DNA of 64,000 nucleotides from Polyangiales bacterium (GTDB lineage Bacteria > Myxococcota_A > Polyangia > Polyangiales > Ga0077539): the NCBI GenBank assembly GCA_044229975.1, contig JBGARZ010000008.1:1-64000 (forward strand), in the 5' to 3' direction. Positions 1 through 10,919 of this stretch are shown here, one piece after another. Numbering within the stretch: the first letter of the stretch is position 1; every line of letters begins with the position of its first letter. The notes beneath the pieces are model-generated. The model was not told the DNA's origin. It saw only the letters and a list, made by a program, of their open reading frames with translations, and did not search any database. The position numbers and the translations under genes were made by a program.

Positions 1-59
1 GGCTGACGCTGCGGCGTAAGCCCCGGGGACTGCCACCACGCGAAGTAGGGCCGCTGCTG

Positions 60-1457
60 TCAGAACAACCGGTTCAACCCATTGAGCGCCGCGACGCGGT
101 ACGCCTCGGCCATCGTTGGATAGTTGAAGGTCGTGTTGACGAAGTAGTTGATGTTGTTGCGGCCCTCGGGCTGGCTCATCACGGCCTGCCCGATGTGGAT
201 GATCTCGCTGGCCTGGTGCCCGAAGCAGTGGATGCCGAGGATGGCCAGCGTCTCCCGGTGGAAGAGCAGCTTGAGCATGCCCACCGTCTGCCCGGTGATC
301 TGCGCGCGGGCGAGGCTGCGAAACAGCGAGTGCCCCACCTCGTACGGAACCTTGTCCGCCGTGAGCTCGCGCTCCGTGCGCCCGAGCGAGCTGATCTCCG
401 GCGTCGTGTAGATGCCTGCCGGGATGTCCTGCGCCAGCCGGTGGTTGCTGGTGTCACCCGTGATGAGCGTCGCAGCGAAGCGCCCCTGGTCGTAAGCCGC
501 GCTCGCGAGGGCGGGCTGCCCGATGACGTCGCCCACCGCGTAGATGTGCGGCAGCGACGTCTGGTACTGCTCGTTGACCTTGATCTGCCCGCGCGCGTCG
601 GTGACGACGCCGAGCGCTTCGAGGCCCATGTCCTGGCTGTTGCCGGTGCGGCCGTTGGCCCAGAGCAGCACGTCGCTCTTCACGCGCTTGCCGCTCTTCA
701 GGTGCAACACCACGCCGTCCTCGACGGGCTCGATGCGCTCCATCTCCTCGTTGTGGCGGATGACGCACCCCTGGTCGCGCAGGTGATAGGACAGCGCGTC
801 GATGATCTCGTCGTCGAGGAACGACAACAGCTTCTCGCGCGTGTTGATGAGGTTCACCTTCACGCCGAGCGTGCGAAACATCGACGCGTACTCGCAGCCG
901 ATCACGCCAGCGCCGTAGATGGTGATGGTGGACGGCGTCTCCTTGAGGCGCAGCACCGTGTCGCTGTCGCAGATGCGGAAGTGCGCGAAGTCGACGTTGG
1001 CCGGGCGGTAGGGCCGCGAGCCCGAGGCGATGACGAAGGCCCGCGCGCGCAGCCGCTCGGATGACCCACCGGGCGCGTCGACCTCGACCACGTTGGGCTC
1101 GACGAAGCGCGCCGTGCCGTGCACCACGCGCACCTTGTTGCGCTCGTAGAACCCGTGGCGCATCCCCACCTGCCGCCGCACCACGCTCTCGGCCGACCGC
1201 AGCATCCCCGCGAGCGGAATGGGATCGTCGTTCATGAGCAGCGGCTGAAAGAGCGGGTTGTTACGAAACTCCGCGAGCTGCGAGACCGTGTGCCGCAGGG
1301 CCTTGGAGGGGATGGTCCCCCAGTGGGTGCAGCCGCCGCCGACGTCGTGGTAGCGCTCGATCACGCACACCGAGAGGCCCGACTTGGTGGCCTTCATGGC
1401 GGCCCCTTCCCCCCCGGGGCCGCTGCCGATCACGACGAGGTCATAGTGCTGTTCCAT
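60..1457 (-). CDS. sthA: Si-specific soluble NAD(P)+ transhydrogenase
   Basis: FAD motif [28 protein letters not shown], second Rossmann motif [12 protein letters not shown]-terminal [24 protein letters not shown] typical of SthA/UdhA. Confidence 0.95.
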   Translation of the reverse strand: MEQHYDLVVIGSGPGGEGAAMKATKSGLSVCVIERYHDVGGGCTHWGTIPSKALRHTVSQLAEFRNNPLFQPLLMNDDPIPLAGMLRSAESVVRRQVGMRHGFYERNKVRVVHGTARFVEPNVVEVDAPGGSSERLRARAFVIASGSRPYRPANVDFAHFRICDSDTVLRLKETPSTITIYGAGVIGCEYASMFRTLGVKVNLINTREKLLSFLDDEIIDALSYHLRDQGCVIRHNEEMERIEPVEDGVVLHLKSGKRVKSDVLLWANGRTGNSQDMGLEALGVVTDARGQIKVNEQYQTSLPHIYAVGDVIGQPALASAAYDQGRFAATLITGDTSNHRLAQDIPAGIYTTPEISSLGRTERELTADKVPYEVGHSLFRSLARAQITGQTVGMLKLLFHRETLAILGIHCFGHQASEIIHIGQAVMSQPEGRNNINYFVNTTFNYPTMAEAYRVAALNGLNRLF

Positions 1458-1583
1458 CGCGAGGGGCGCAGATGAACCGACGAGCGGGGTGCGGTCAAGG
1501 ACTTCGCCCCCCGCGGAGCCTTGGAACAGGGGTCGCGGTGGCGCGGGGAGGTGTCGAGGGCGCGGCTGCCATCACTGACCGCA

Positions 1584-4500
1584 TTACCCCCGCAGCACCG
1601 GCGCGGTCGCCGTTTCGCCCTCCGCGAGCTCGTCCGGCGTGCCCTCTGCCACCACCTTGCCGCCTGCGCGCCCGCCGCCCGGTCCGAGCTCGATGATCCA
1701 GTCGGCCGCCCGCAGCACCGACGGGTGGTGCTCGATGACCACCAGCGAATCCCCCCGGTCGACGAGCTGCTGCATCACGTTGATGAGCTTCATCACGTCC
1801 GACACATGCAACCCCGTCGTCGGCTCATCCAACACATACAGCGTCCCGCCGCCGCCCGTCTGGAGTTCGGTCGCCAGCTTGATGCGCTGCGCCTCGCCGC
1901 CCGACAGCGTGTGCGACCCCTGCCCCAGCGCGAGGTACCCCACGCCGAGGTCGTGCAACAGGTCCAATGGTCGCTTCACCTTCGACACCTGCGAGAACAC
2001 CTGCCGCGCCTCTTCCACGGTCAGCCCGAGCACCTCGCCCGCGTCATACCCGTGCAGCTTCACGTCGCGCGTCTCCCTGGAGAAGCGCGCCCCCGCGCAC
2101 ACCTCGCACGGCACCACCACGTCCGCCATGAACGCCATCTCGACGTGCTTCACCCCCGCGCCATCGCAGGTCTCGCACCGCCCTCCCCCACTCTCCGCGC
2201 TCGTATTGAACGAAAACCGCCCGATGCCCCAACCCCTCGTCTGCGACTCCTGGGTCATCGCAAAGAGCTTCCGGATCTCATCCCAGATGCCCACGTACGT
2301 CGCCGGCACCGAGCGCGGCGTGCGCCCGATGGGCGACTGATCGATGGCCACCGCGCGCTTCAGCGCCTTCCACCCATCGATGGACTGATACGCCAACGGC
2401 TCATCCGTCGTGAGCTTCAGCTTCTGCCGCACCGCGCGGAGGAGAATCTTCTCCACCAGCGTGCTCTTGCCGCTGCCCGACACACCCGCCACGCACACGA
2501 AGCGCCCGAGCGGAAAGCGCGCCGTCGTCGATTGCAGGTTGTGCCCCTTCGCTCCCTTCACGGTGAGCACTTCGACGCCCTTCATGGGCCTGCGCCGCGC
2601 GCCCTCGCCCGTCGGAATCCGCAGCGCCGTCGCCGTCGGCCCGTCGCCCGCCAGCACCTCCGCCGCCGGCCCGTTGCCCACCACGTGACCGCCGCCCTTG
2701 CCGCCGTGCGGACCCAGGTCGACCACCCAGTCGGCGCTCTGTATCACCTCAGCGTCGTGCTCCACCACGATGACGCTCGCGCCGCGGTTGACCAGCGCGC
2801 GCATCGCCTTCACCAGCCGCTGCGTGTCGCGCCCGTGCAACCCGATGGTGGGCTCGTCGAGCACGTACAACACACCCGTGAGCCCCGCGCCGATCTGCGC
2901 CGCGAGTCGTAGCCGCTGCATCTCGCCGCCCGACAAGGTGTTGGCCCGACGATCGAGCGTCAGGTAGTCCAGGCCCAGCTCCAGCAGCGTGGTGAGCTTG
3001 CCTTCGAGCTGCGCCTTCGGCGCCTCCGCGATGATCGCCTCGCGCGCCGTCAGCGTCATCGCCGTGAGCGCGTCGCGCATCTCCTCGGGCGTGCTCGCCA
3101 TCGCCTCGTGGAAGCGCTTGCCCCCGAGCCGAACCGCCCGCGGAATCGGCGCCAGCCGCGACCCCGCGCACGACCGGCACGGGTCGCCGTCTTCATCCAC
3201 CCCGCGGCCCTCGCACACCTTGCACTGCCCTTGCGGCGTGTTGAAGGAGAAGTGCCGCGGGTCGAGCTCGGGGATGCCCATGCCGCACTTCGGGCACGCT
3301 CGCCGGGTGCTGAGCACCATCGGTTCACCGACGCGTCCGCTGCGCTCGTCGCGCTCGACGACGCACTGCCCCTCGGCGAGCGACACCGCCGCGCGGATCA
3401 TCTTGAGCAGCTTCTCGGGCTCGTTGGCGTGGGCGCACCCCATCCACAGCCACACGTCGTGCACCTTGGTCTTCTTGAGCGTCGGAACCTTGTCCGGCTC
3501 GTAGTCCACCCCGTCGACCCGCACGCTCTCGATGCCCGACTTGCGCGCGCGCTCGATCACCTCGCCGTGCAAACCCTTCCGCGCCCGCACCACCGGCGCG
3601 AACACCGAGAGCTGCGCGTCGGGCGGAAACTGCGTCGACAGCTCCTCGACGATGGCCTCCGGCGACCGCGCCCCGATGGCCAGATCGCACTTCGGGCAGA
3701 ACGGCGTCGCCACCTTCGCGTAGAGCAACCGCAGATAGTGGGCGACCTCGGTGACCGTCGCGACGGTGCTCATCGCGCCCGCGCGGGCCGTGCGCTGTTC
3801 GAGCGAGATGGCCGGCGGAATCCCCACCACGCGATCGACGTCGGCCCTCCCCAGCGACGGCAGGTACTGCCGCGCGTAGGGAGAGAGCGTCTCCAGGAAG
3901 CGCCGCTGCCCTTCTGCGTAGATCACATCGAAGGCCAGCGAGCTCTTGCCCGAGCCCGACGGCCCGGTCATCGCGACGAGCTTCTCGCGCGGAATCTCCA
4001 GGTGCCCGACGTGGAGGTTGTGCTCCCTCGCGCCGTCGAGGGTGATGGAGTCCGGCACCGTGATGGTCGGCGGCGGACGCACCGCGCGAGCTCGCGTGAC
4101 GCCCCGCGACTGTGTGGAGTCGAGCGCGTCGCGCAGGTACGTGGCGAAGCGCGAGCGCTTGTCCTTCGCGACCTGCTCGGGTGTCCCCTGCGCGACCACC
4201 TCGCCGCCCGCGTGGGCCGCCTCGGGTCCGAGGTCGATGACGTGATCGGCCCGCGCCGCCACGTACGGATCGTGCTCCACCACCACCACCGTCGCCCCGC
4301 GCTCGACCATCTCATCGAGCGTGTCGAAGACCCGCGCCACGTCGCGCCGATGCAACCCCGTGGTGGGCTCGTCGAGGATCACCAGGCTCCCGCGACGCAC
4401 CTCCGACAGAGCAGCCGCGAGCTTCAACCGCTGCGCCTCGCCGCCCGACAGGTGCGACAGCGGCTGCCCCACGCGCACGTACCCGAGACCGACGTCGAGC

Positions 4501-6857
4501 ATCGGCTGCAGCGCCTTCACCAGCGCCTCGTCGTCGCGGAAGTGATCGGCCACCGCGAAGGCCGACATCTCCAGCACGTCGGCGATGGAGGCGCCGCGCA
4601 CGCGCACTTCGAGCACTTCATCCTTGAAGCGACGCCCGTGGCAGTCGGGGCACTGGAAGCTCACGTCCGCGAGAAACTGCATCTCGACGGTCTCGTATCC
4701 GGCGCCTTCGCACGTCGGGCAACGGCCGCCCTCCACGTTGAACGAGAACGTCCGCGACGAGTACCCGCGCTCCTTGGACTCGGGCGCCGACGCGAAGCGC
4801 GCGCGGATGCGGTCATACACATGGAGGTACGTTGCCGGGTTGCCGCGCGTGGTCCTCCCGAGCGGACCTTGATCGACGTGCACCACGTCGGTGATGGCGT
4901 CGACGCCATCGAGCGCGTCGTACGGCAGCGCCTCTTCCGCGCGCACCGCGAGCCCGCGCGCCGCGAGCGCCCGCGTCACCGCCGGGTACAGCGTCTCGCC
5001 CACGAGCGAACTCTTGCCCGAGCCCGACACGCCCGTCACCACCGTCAACACGCCCGTCGGGATGGTGAGGTCGACGGCCTTCAGGTTGTGCCCGCGCGCA
5101 CCACGCAGCACCAGCTCGCCCTTCGCCTTGCGCCGCTGCGGCTTCGCGAGGCCCACCGCCCGCAGCGCGTCGCCCGTCGGCGTGCTCGCGCGCGTCAGCC
5201 CGGCCGGGTCGCCGTCGTACACGATGACCCCGCCCGCCTCGCCCGCCTCGGGGCCGAGCTCGATCACCCGATCGCTCGCCGCGATCACGTCGAGGTCGTG
5301 CTCGATCACCAGCGCCACGTTGCCGAGCTGCGCGATGCCGCGCGCCACCCCGATGAGCCGCTCGGCGTCGCGCGGGTGCAACCCCGCCGTGGGCTCGTCG
5401 AGCACCATCAGCGTTCCGGTGAGCGACGTGCCCAGCGCGGCCGTGAGCGCCACGCGCTGCACCTCGCCACCCGACAGCGTGCGCGACGCCCGTTCGAGCG
5501 AGAGGTACCCGACGCCCACGTCGTCGAGGTATCCGAGCCGCGCGCGAATCTCGCGGATGATCCGGTCGGTCGCCTCGTCACCCACGGGAACGCCTTCGAG
5601 CCGCGCCCGCAGCTCCGATACCGGCAGCGCGCCCGCGTCACCGATGGACAGGCCCTCGACCCGGTAGCGCTCGACCTCCGAGCGAACGCGCGTCCCGTTG
5701 CACGAAGGGCAGGTGGTGTAGCGCCGGAAGCGCGACAGGAAGACCCGCACGTGCATCTGGTACGCCTTGGTCTCCAGCCACGAGAACCACGGCCGCACCC
5801 CGGTGAACCCCTTGGTCCCTTCGAGGATCATCGTGCGCTGCTTCTCGGGCAGGTCCTTCCACGGGACGTCGCTCGGGATCTTCTGCGCCTTGCACAGCGT
5901 CGCCAGCGCCTTGCGCTCGAAGGCCGTGGTCTTCCCCGTCCACGGCTTGATGGCGCCCTTGTCGAGCGAGAGCTTCTCGTCGGGCACGACCTTCGCCCAG
6001 TCGATGTCGATGATGCGACCAAACCCGCGGCACCCCTCGCACGCCCCCAGCGGCGACTGAAACGAGAACAGCGCCGGCGTCGGCTCGGGGTACGTCTTCC
6101 CGCAGTGCGCGCAGTCCAAGCCCCGGCTGTACCGATCGACCGCGCCCTCGTCGACGCGGTGCACCTCCGCGCGGCCGCCCTTCGCCATCGACGTGCTCAA
6201 CGCCTCGGCGATGCGCGCCCGCTCTCCCGTCGCGACCTTCAGTCGGTCGGCGATCACGTCGATGCCGCCGCGGGCGATGATGTCCGACGGCGTCACCTCG
6301 TCGAGGTCCTTCGCTTCGCCATTGATGAGCGCGCGGCGATAGCCCTCTTCCAACAACCGCTCGCGCACGCCGAGGTAGCGCTCGGCGTCATTCACCGGAA
6401 CCCGCCACGTCACCACCACGCGCTTGCCGTCCGCGGCCAGCACCTGATCGGTCGCCGCTGCCACGGTCCCGCGATGCACCTCGCGGCCGCACCCGTCGCA
6501 CACGATGGTCGAGGCCCGCGCCCACAACAGACGGAGGTAGTCCGTCAGCTCGGTCATGGTCCCGACGGTCGAGCGCGACGTCCGCACCGGCGCCCCACGG
6601 TCGACGGCAATCGCGGGCGGAACCGGATCGAGCGACCCCACGGGCGGCCGGTCACGCCGCTCGAGGAACTGCCGCGCGTACGCCGAGAAGCTCTCGACGA
6701 AGCGCCGCTGCCCCTCGGCGTAGAGCGTGTCGAGCGCGAGGGAGCTCTTCCCCGCGCCGCTCACCCCCGCGACGGTGACGAGCTCGCCGGCCCGGAGGTC
6801 GAGGTCGATGCCCTGGAGGTTGTGGGTGCGTGCGTTGCGAAGGCGAGTGGGGTCCAT
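1584..6857 (-). CDS. uvrA: Excinuclease ABC subunit A, double-length form with four ABC NBDs
   Basis: Four Walker A motifs (GVSGAGKSS, GVSGSGKSS, GPSGSGKSS, GVSGSGKST), four LSGGE/LDEPT pairs, CxxC zinc motifs, 'YAEGQRRF.E..S.YARQ' twice; start set at MDPTRLRNARTHNL (ORF track starts at 6893). Confidence 0.93.
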   Translation of the reverse strand: MDPTRLRNARTHNLQGIDLDLRAGELVTVAGVSGAGKSSLALDTLYAEGQRRFVESFSAYARQFLERRDRPPVGSLDPVPPAIAVDRGAPVRTSRSTVGTMTELTDYLRLLWARASTIVCDGCGREVHRGTVAAATDQVLAADGKRVVVTWRVPVNDAERYLGVRERLLEEGYRRALINGEAKDLDEVTPSDIIARGGIDVIADRLKVATGERARIAEALSTSMAKGGRAEVHRVDEGAVDRYSRGLDCAHCGKTYPEPTPALFSFQSPLGACEGCRGFGRIIDIDWAKVVPDEKLSLDKGAIKPWTGKTTAFERKALATLCKAQKIPSDVPWKDLPEKQRTMILEGTKGFTGVRPWFSWLETKAYQMHVRVFLSRFRRYTTCPSCNGTRVRSEVERYRVEGLSIGDAGALPVSELRARLEGVPVGDEATDRIIREIRARLGYLDDVGVGYLSLERASRTLSGGEVQRVALTAALGTSLTGTLMVLDEPTAGLHPRDAERLIGVARGIAQLGNVALVIEHDLDVIAASDRVIELGPEAGEAGGVIVYDGDPAGLTRASTPTGDALRAVGLAKPQRRKAKGELVLRGARGHNLKAVDLTIPTGVLTVVTGVSGSGKSSLVGETLYPAVTRALAARGLAVRAEEALPYDALDGVDAITDVVHVDQGPLGRTTRGNPATYLHVYDRIRARFASAPESKERGYSSRTFSFNVEGGRCPTCEGAGYETVEMQFLADVSFQCPDCHGRRFKDEVLEVRVRGASIADVLEMSAFAVADHFRDDEALVKALQPMLDVGLGYVRVGQPLSHLSGGEAQRLKLAAALSEVRRGSLVILDEPTTGLHRRDVARVFDTLDEMVERGATVVVVEHDPYVAARADHVIDLGPEAAHAGGEVVAQGTPEQVAKDKRSRFATYLRDALDSTQSRGVTRARAVRPPPTITVPDSITLDGAREHNLHVGHLEIPREKLVAMTGPSGSGKSSLAFDVIYAEGQRRFLETLSPYARQYLPSLGRADVDRVVGIPPAISLEQRTARAGAMSTVATVTEVAHYLRLLYAKVATPFCPKCDLAIGARSPEAIVEELSTQFPPDAQLSVFAPVVRARKGLHGEVIERARKSGIESVRVDGVDYEPDKVPTLKKTKVHDVWLWMGCAHANEPEKLLKMIRAAVSLAEGQCVVERDERSGRVGEPMVLSTRRACPKCGMGIPELDPRHFSFNTPQGQCKVCEGRGVDEDGDPCRSCAGSRLAPIPRAVRLGGKRFHEAMASTPEEMRDALTAMTLTAREAIIAEAPKAQLEGKLTTLLELGLDYLTLDRRANTLSGGEMQRLRLAAQIGAGLTGVLYVLDEPTIGLHGRDTQRLVKAMRALVNRGASVIVVEHDAEVIQSADWVVDLGPHGGKGGGHVVGNGPAAEVLAGDGPTATALRIPTGEGARRRPMKGVEVLTVKGAKGHNLQSTTARFPLGRFVCVAGVSGSGKSTLVEKILLRAVRQKLKLTTDEPLAYQSIDGWKALKRAVAIDQSPIGRTPRSVPATYVGIWDEIRKLFAMTQESQTRGWGIGRFSFNTSAESGGGRCETCDGAGVKHVEMAFMADVVVPCEVCAGARFSRETRDVKLHGYDAGEVLGLTVEEARQVFSQVSKVKRPLDLLHDLGVGYLALGQGSHTLSGGEAQRIKLATELQTGGGGTLYVLDEPTTGLHVSDVMKLINVMQQLVDRGDSLVVIEHHPSVLRAADWIIELGPGGGRAGGKVVAEGTPDELAEGETATAPVLRG

Positions 6858-6921
6858 GGGGTGTGTCGGGTCTCGTGAGATGTCGCGAGGCACCGCATCG
6901 GTGACGGTCGTGCCGTGCTAG

Positions 6922-7959
6922 ATGCGTCGGGTGCGTCGCGTCGCCTGGGTCACCATGCTCATCGGACTCCTGAGCCCCGCCGCGGTCTGGGCGCAGCCCC
7001 GGGGGGTCTCGGTTCCGTCGGCCGCATCCGTACACCCGTTCAGTAGTCCCGTCGAGGCCATTGCCGCCGCCCGCGCCCTCCTGCGCGACGGCCGTCCCCT
7101 CGACGCCGTCGCCCTGCTCGACCGTCAGCGCCTCGCGTGGCGCCGCCTCCCCGACGTCGTCGTCACCCGCACCATCGCGCGCTTCGGCGTCATCGCTCCC
7201 CCGCTCGAACCCTCCTCGTCCCGCACCCTCACCGCCCCCGTGCAGCGCGAGCTCGCCGCCGCGCTCCCTGTTCTTACGCGCCAGGGTAACAGCCACCCCG
7301 ACGACGCCCTCGCCGCGCTCACCCTCGGCCGCCTCCACATGGTGCTCGGCTCGCTCGACGAAGCCGCCGTGGCCTTCGAGACCGCGGGCCGCGCCGACCC
7401 GCGCGACCCGACGCCCTACAACGACCGCGCGATGGTGCTCGTCGCGCTGCACCGTCTGCCCGAGGCCGAGCACTCGCTCGAACGCGCCACCGAACGCGCC
7501 GGCCGCGACCCCGAACCCTGGGACAACCTCGGCGCCGTTCGCCTCGCCCGCGGCAACGCGCGCGACGCCGTCGCCGCCTTCCAACGCGCGTGTGAGCTCG
7601 CCCCCACCACCGCCCGCTACCGCTCCGACCTCGGCGCCGCGCAGCTCGCCGCGGGCTCACCCGCCGACGCCGTCGCGAGCTTCGACGCCGCCTCGCGCGC
7701 GTCCCCCGACGACGCCGTGGTGCTGGGCAACCTCGGCTACGCGCTGAGCCTCACCGACCGCCTCGACGAAGCCGTCGCCACGCTGCGCCGCGCCGCCGCG
7801 ATGCCTGGTGCGACCGCCACCATCCACGACAACCTCGGCCTCGTGCTGCTGCGCCGCGGCGACCGCGCGGGCGCCCGGGCGTCCTTCGAGCGAGCCGTCG
7901 CCGTCGCACCCGACGACCCGCGGGCGCGCACCCACCTCGCTTCGATGGGCGAGCGTTAG
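6922..7959 (+). CDS. Exported tetratricopeptide-repeat protein
   Basis: Signal peptide ending in AVWA-Q; several TPR-like units (WDNLGAVRLARG, LGNLGYALSLTDR, HDNLGLVLLRRG). Confidence 0.85.
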   Translation: MRRVRRVAWVTMLIGLLSPAAVWAQPRGVSVPSAASVHPFSSPVEAIAAARALLRDGRPLDAVALLDRQRLAWRRLPDVVVTRTIARFGVIAPPLEPSSSRTLTAPVQRELAAALPVLTRQGNSHPDDALAALTLGRLHMVLGSLDEAAVAFETAGRADPRDPTPYNDRAMVLVALHRLPEAEHSLERATERAGRDPEPWDNLGAVRLARGNARDAVAAFQRACELAPTTARYRSDLGAAQLAAGSPADAVASFDAASRASPDDAVVLGNLGYALSLTDRLDEAVATLRRAAAMPGATATIHDNLGLVLLRRGDRAGARASFERAVAVAPDDPRARTHLASMGER

Positions 7960-7963
7960 TCCG

Positions 7964-8794
7964 CTACTCGCTGCGCGGGTCGTGGCGCTTGCGGCGCACC
8001 GTCGCGTCGGTGACCGGAATCTCCACCAGCTTCGGGATGACCTTGTTGACCGCGGTGGGACCCACCGGAAGCGGGCCGCCCGGTGTTGGCGTGAAGCCCC
8101 GCTCGCGACCCACCGCGGGGATGCCGCCCGCCGACAGGCGCATGCTCTCGGGCATCGGGACGGCGATCTTGCCGCGCAGCGTGGTGCGAACCTTCGCCAG
8201 GAACTGCTCCCACGCCACCCGCTCTTCGGGCTTGCGCCAGAGGTGTTCGAGCCCGAGGCGACCGTTGCCCGACCACACCGCGCGCGACGTGACCGCGCCG
8301 CCGCCGAGCTCGCTGCGCCACTCGCAGCGGATCTCCTCGTCGGGCTCGATGCGGTGGTTGATGGCCGCCCGCGCGCCGCGCATCGACACGTCGGCGAGGC
8401 TGCACGGATAGATGCGGGTGCTGCCGCGGGGCGACGTCACCAGGATGACCGACACGTCCACGGGGTAGCGCCACTCGCGGCGACCCTTCGGGTCGATCTT
8501 CCCGGCCGCCCACTGCGCCGCGAAGCGCGCGGCTTCCGTGCTCGTCGGCAGAAACCTCACGCCGACGCCCGCGCGGGCGTTGGGCGTCGAGGCCCGCCGC
8601 GCCTGCACCACTCCGTCCAGAAACACGCCGCAGGGCAAGCCCTCGAAGCCGATGCGCAGCGTGACCGCGGCGCCCAGCCCGAGCTCGAACAGCCCCGGAA
8701 CCATCAGCGTGCCCTCCTCGCCCGCCTCGCGGAAGCGGTCGTTCAGCGCGCCGCGAGAGAGGTGCACCTCGACGATTTGTTCTGGGAAGGACAT
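7964..8794 (-). CDS. PilZ-domain protein (tandem PilZ-like, myxobacterial type)
   Basis: RREWR (RxxxR) and DVSMRG (DxSxxG) c-di-GMP motifs; N-terminal beta module ending in GVGVRF; low-complexity C-terminal tail. Confidence 0.75.
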   Translation of the reverse strand: MSFPEQIVEVHLSRGALNDRFREAGEEGTLMVPGLFELGLGAAVTLRIGFEGLPCGVFLDGVVQARRASTPNARAGVGVRFLPTSTEAARFAAQWAAGKIDPKGRREWRYPVDVSVILVTSPRGSTRIYPCSLADVSMRGARAAINHRIEPDEEIRCEWRSELGGGAVTSRAVWSGNGRLGLEHLWRKPEERVAWEQFLAKVRTTLRGKIAVPMPESMRLSAGGIPAVGRERGFTPTPGGPLPVGPTAVNKVIPKLVEIPVTDATVRRKRHDPRSE

Positions 8795-8933
8795 CGCGGG
8801 TTGTGTTGGGGGGCGGTCAGATTACCCCCACTGTCGGGGCGCGGTCCATGGTCTCGTGCGCTCATCGACCGTTCGGCGCTTTGCGGTTGTTCAGCGGCCA
8901 CGGGGTTCCTGATAGAGTCCGCGGCACACCAAC

Positions 8934-9701
8934 ATGGCTCGCCACACCTCCTTTGGACAGAGCGACGTCGGCCGCGTGCGCAAGCACAACGAAGACGCCT
9001 TCCTCATCGATGACAGCCTCGGTCTCTTCGTCGTCGCCGACGGCCTCGGCGGACACGCCGCCGGCGAGGTCGCCAGCGAAGAAGCCGTCTACAACATCCG
9101 CGGCTGGGTGCGCCGCGAGCGACCGAAGGTGGAGTCCCTCCTCGCCGATCCCTACGACGTCGATCAGCAGAACGTCGCCGAGCAGATCCTCCGCGGTGCC
9201 ATCCAGGCAGCCACGTATCTCATCCACTCGATGGCGGAGTTCGACGAGACCAAGGCCGGCATGGGCACCACCACCTCGGTGCTGATGCTCCTCGGTCGCG
9301 TCGCCGTCGTCGGCCAGGTCGGCGACTCGCGCATCTACCTCGCCCGCGACGGCCAGATCGCCCAGATCACCGACGACCACACCCTCATCGCCGCGCAGAT
9401 TCGCGAGGGCATGCTTACCCCCGAAGAAGCCCGCTACGCGCCGCACCGCAACGTCATCACGCGCGCCGTCGGCAGCCACGAGTACGTCGAGGTCGACACC
9501 CGCGTCGTGGAGACCGTGCCCGGCGACCGCTTCCTGCTCTGCTCCGACGGGCTCCACGGGTACATCGACGAGCCCGACGAGATCCTCCCGCTGCTCTCGC
9601 TCCCCGCCACGCAGATCACCCAGCGCCTCATCGACATGGCCAATGCGCGCGGCGGCAAGGACAACATCACCGCCATCGTGGTCGAGGTCCACGAGGTGTG
9701 A
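8934..9701 (+). CDS. PP2C/Stp1-family Ser/Thr protein phosphatase
   Basis: SDVGRVRKHNED, VVADGLGGHAAGEVAS, GMGTT, VGDSRIY, RNVITRAVG, LLCSDGL, GGKDNIT motifs. Confidence 0.95.
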   Translation: MARHTSFGQSDVGRVRKHNEDAFLIDDSLGLFVVADGLGGHAAGEVASEEAVYNIRGWVRRERPKVESLLADPYDVDQQNVAEQILRGAIQAATYLIHSMAEFDETKAGMGTTTSVLMLLGRVAVVGQVGDSRIYLARDGQIAQITDDHTLIAAQIREGMLTPEEARYAPHRNVITRAVGSHEYVEVDTRVVETVPGDRFLLCSDGLHGYIDEPDEILPLLSLPATQITQRLIDMANARGGKDNITAIVVEVHEV

Positions 9702-10906
9702 TCCGACGGGTCGCGCTCCTCGCGCTACTCGCCTCCTGCGGCGCCCGCACACCACTCTCCGATCAGCCGTACGAACCCGCGTCGCTGTACTGCACCAGCA
9801 CCGTGTTCGTGGGCCGTCCGATGCGCGACGTCGCCCTCACGGTGGGCCTCCCGCGCGCCCTCTGGGGTCGCGCGCAATGGAGCGTCGACGCCGCCGTCGC
9901 GGGCTCGTCCCCGACGCTCGCCCACCAGGGCAGCGAGCGCGCCATCTTCCGCGCCGACCTCGAAGGAACCTACACCGTCCGCATCACCGTCCCGCCCGAC
10001 CCCGACGCGGGCGTCGACGGCGGCGCGGCGGAGTCCCTCTCCTGCACCATCAGCGTGCTGGTGCGCGCCAACGGCCCCGTCGCCACGTGCCCCGCGGAGG
10101 TCACCGTCGCGCCGCTCCAGGTCGTCCCGCTCACCGCGCGCGTCAGCAGCGACCGCCCCATCCGCAGCCGCGAATGGACCATCGACCAGGCCCCCGCCAG
10201 CAGCTCACGCCGCACGCCGACGCCCGACGACACCGACGCCACGCGCTTCACGCCCGACGTCGCGGGTGACCACCGGCTGCGCTTCCGCGTGACCGACGAC
10301 AACGGCGCGAGCGACGAGTGCACCACGGTGGTTCACGCCGTCCCGCGCGAGGGCCTGCGCGTCGAGCTGTCGTGGGACCCGCCGGGCCGTCAGTGCCCCA
10401 CCCGCCCGGGCGCGGCGTGCGACAGCAGCGACCTCGACCTGCACATGCTCCAAGGGGTCGGCGACCCCAACTGGAAGACCGACGACGACTGCTACTACGC
10501 CAACTGCACGTCGGGACTGGTCCTGCCGTGGGGCTCCCCCTCCTTCGACGACAACCCCCGCCTCGACATCGACGACACCACCGGCCACGGCCCGGAGAAC
10601 ATCAACATCCTCCGCCCGTCCGCCCGCTACTACCGCCTCGGCGTCCTCTACTTCATCAACAACAACGAGGGCCCGCAGTCCGCCACGCTCACCGTCTACT
10701 GCAACGGCGCGACCCCCGTCGCACGCCTGGGCCCCGTCACGCTCCGCGCCCGCGGCAACGACGATGGCAACGACCTCTGGATCGCCGCCGACGTCCTCCC
10801 CCTCCCCGACGGGAGCTGCCGCGTGGTGCCCATCTCCCGCGGCGCGCAGCCGTGGATCACCACCCCCACCGAGGCGAGCCGCGGCCCCAATCCTCCTCCG
10901 CCGTGA
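9698..10906 (+). CDS. Lipoprotein with PKD/Ig-like repeats and a C-terminal YfaP/DUF2135-like domain
   Basis: Lipobox LLASC; PKD-like FTPDVAGDHRLRFRVTD; DLDLH...CYYANC...PRLDIDDTTGHGPENINI; GTGA overlap with the phosphatase stop. Confidence 0.7.
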   Translation: MIRRVALLALLASCGARTPLSDQPYEPASLYCTSTVFVGRPMRDVALTVGLPRALWGRAQWSVDAAVAGSSPTLAHQGSERAIFRADLEGTYTVRITVPPDPDAGVDGGAAESLSCTISVLVRANGPVATCPAEVTVAPLQVVPLTARVSSDRPIRSREWTIDQAPASSSRRTPTPDDTDATRFTPDVAGDHRLRFRVTDDNGASDECTTVVHAVPREGLRVELSWDPPGRQCPTRPGAACDSSDLDLHMLQGVGDPNWKTDDDCYYANCTSGLVLPWGSPSFDDNPRLDIDDTTGHGPENINILRPSARYYRLGVLYFINNNEGPQSATLTVYCNGATPVARLGPVTLRARGNDDGNDLWIAADVLPLPDGSCRVVPISRGAQPWITTPTEASRGPNPPPP

Positions 10907-10919
10907 CAGCGCGCGCCGC

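Noticed and set aside
3108..6878. 1256-aa + strand ORF, and similar long antisense ORFs such as 14425-16206, 22278-24017, 29908-32067, 32064-34715 and 55596-57179
   Set aside because: Shadow frames of clearly identified genes in high-GC DNA, with Arg/Ala/Gly/His-rich, motif-free translations.
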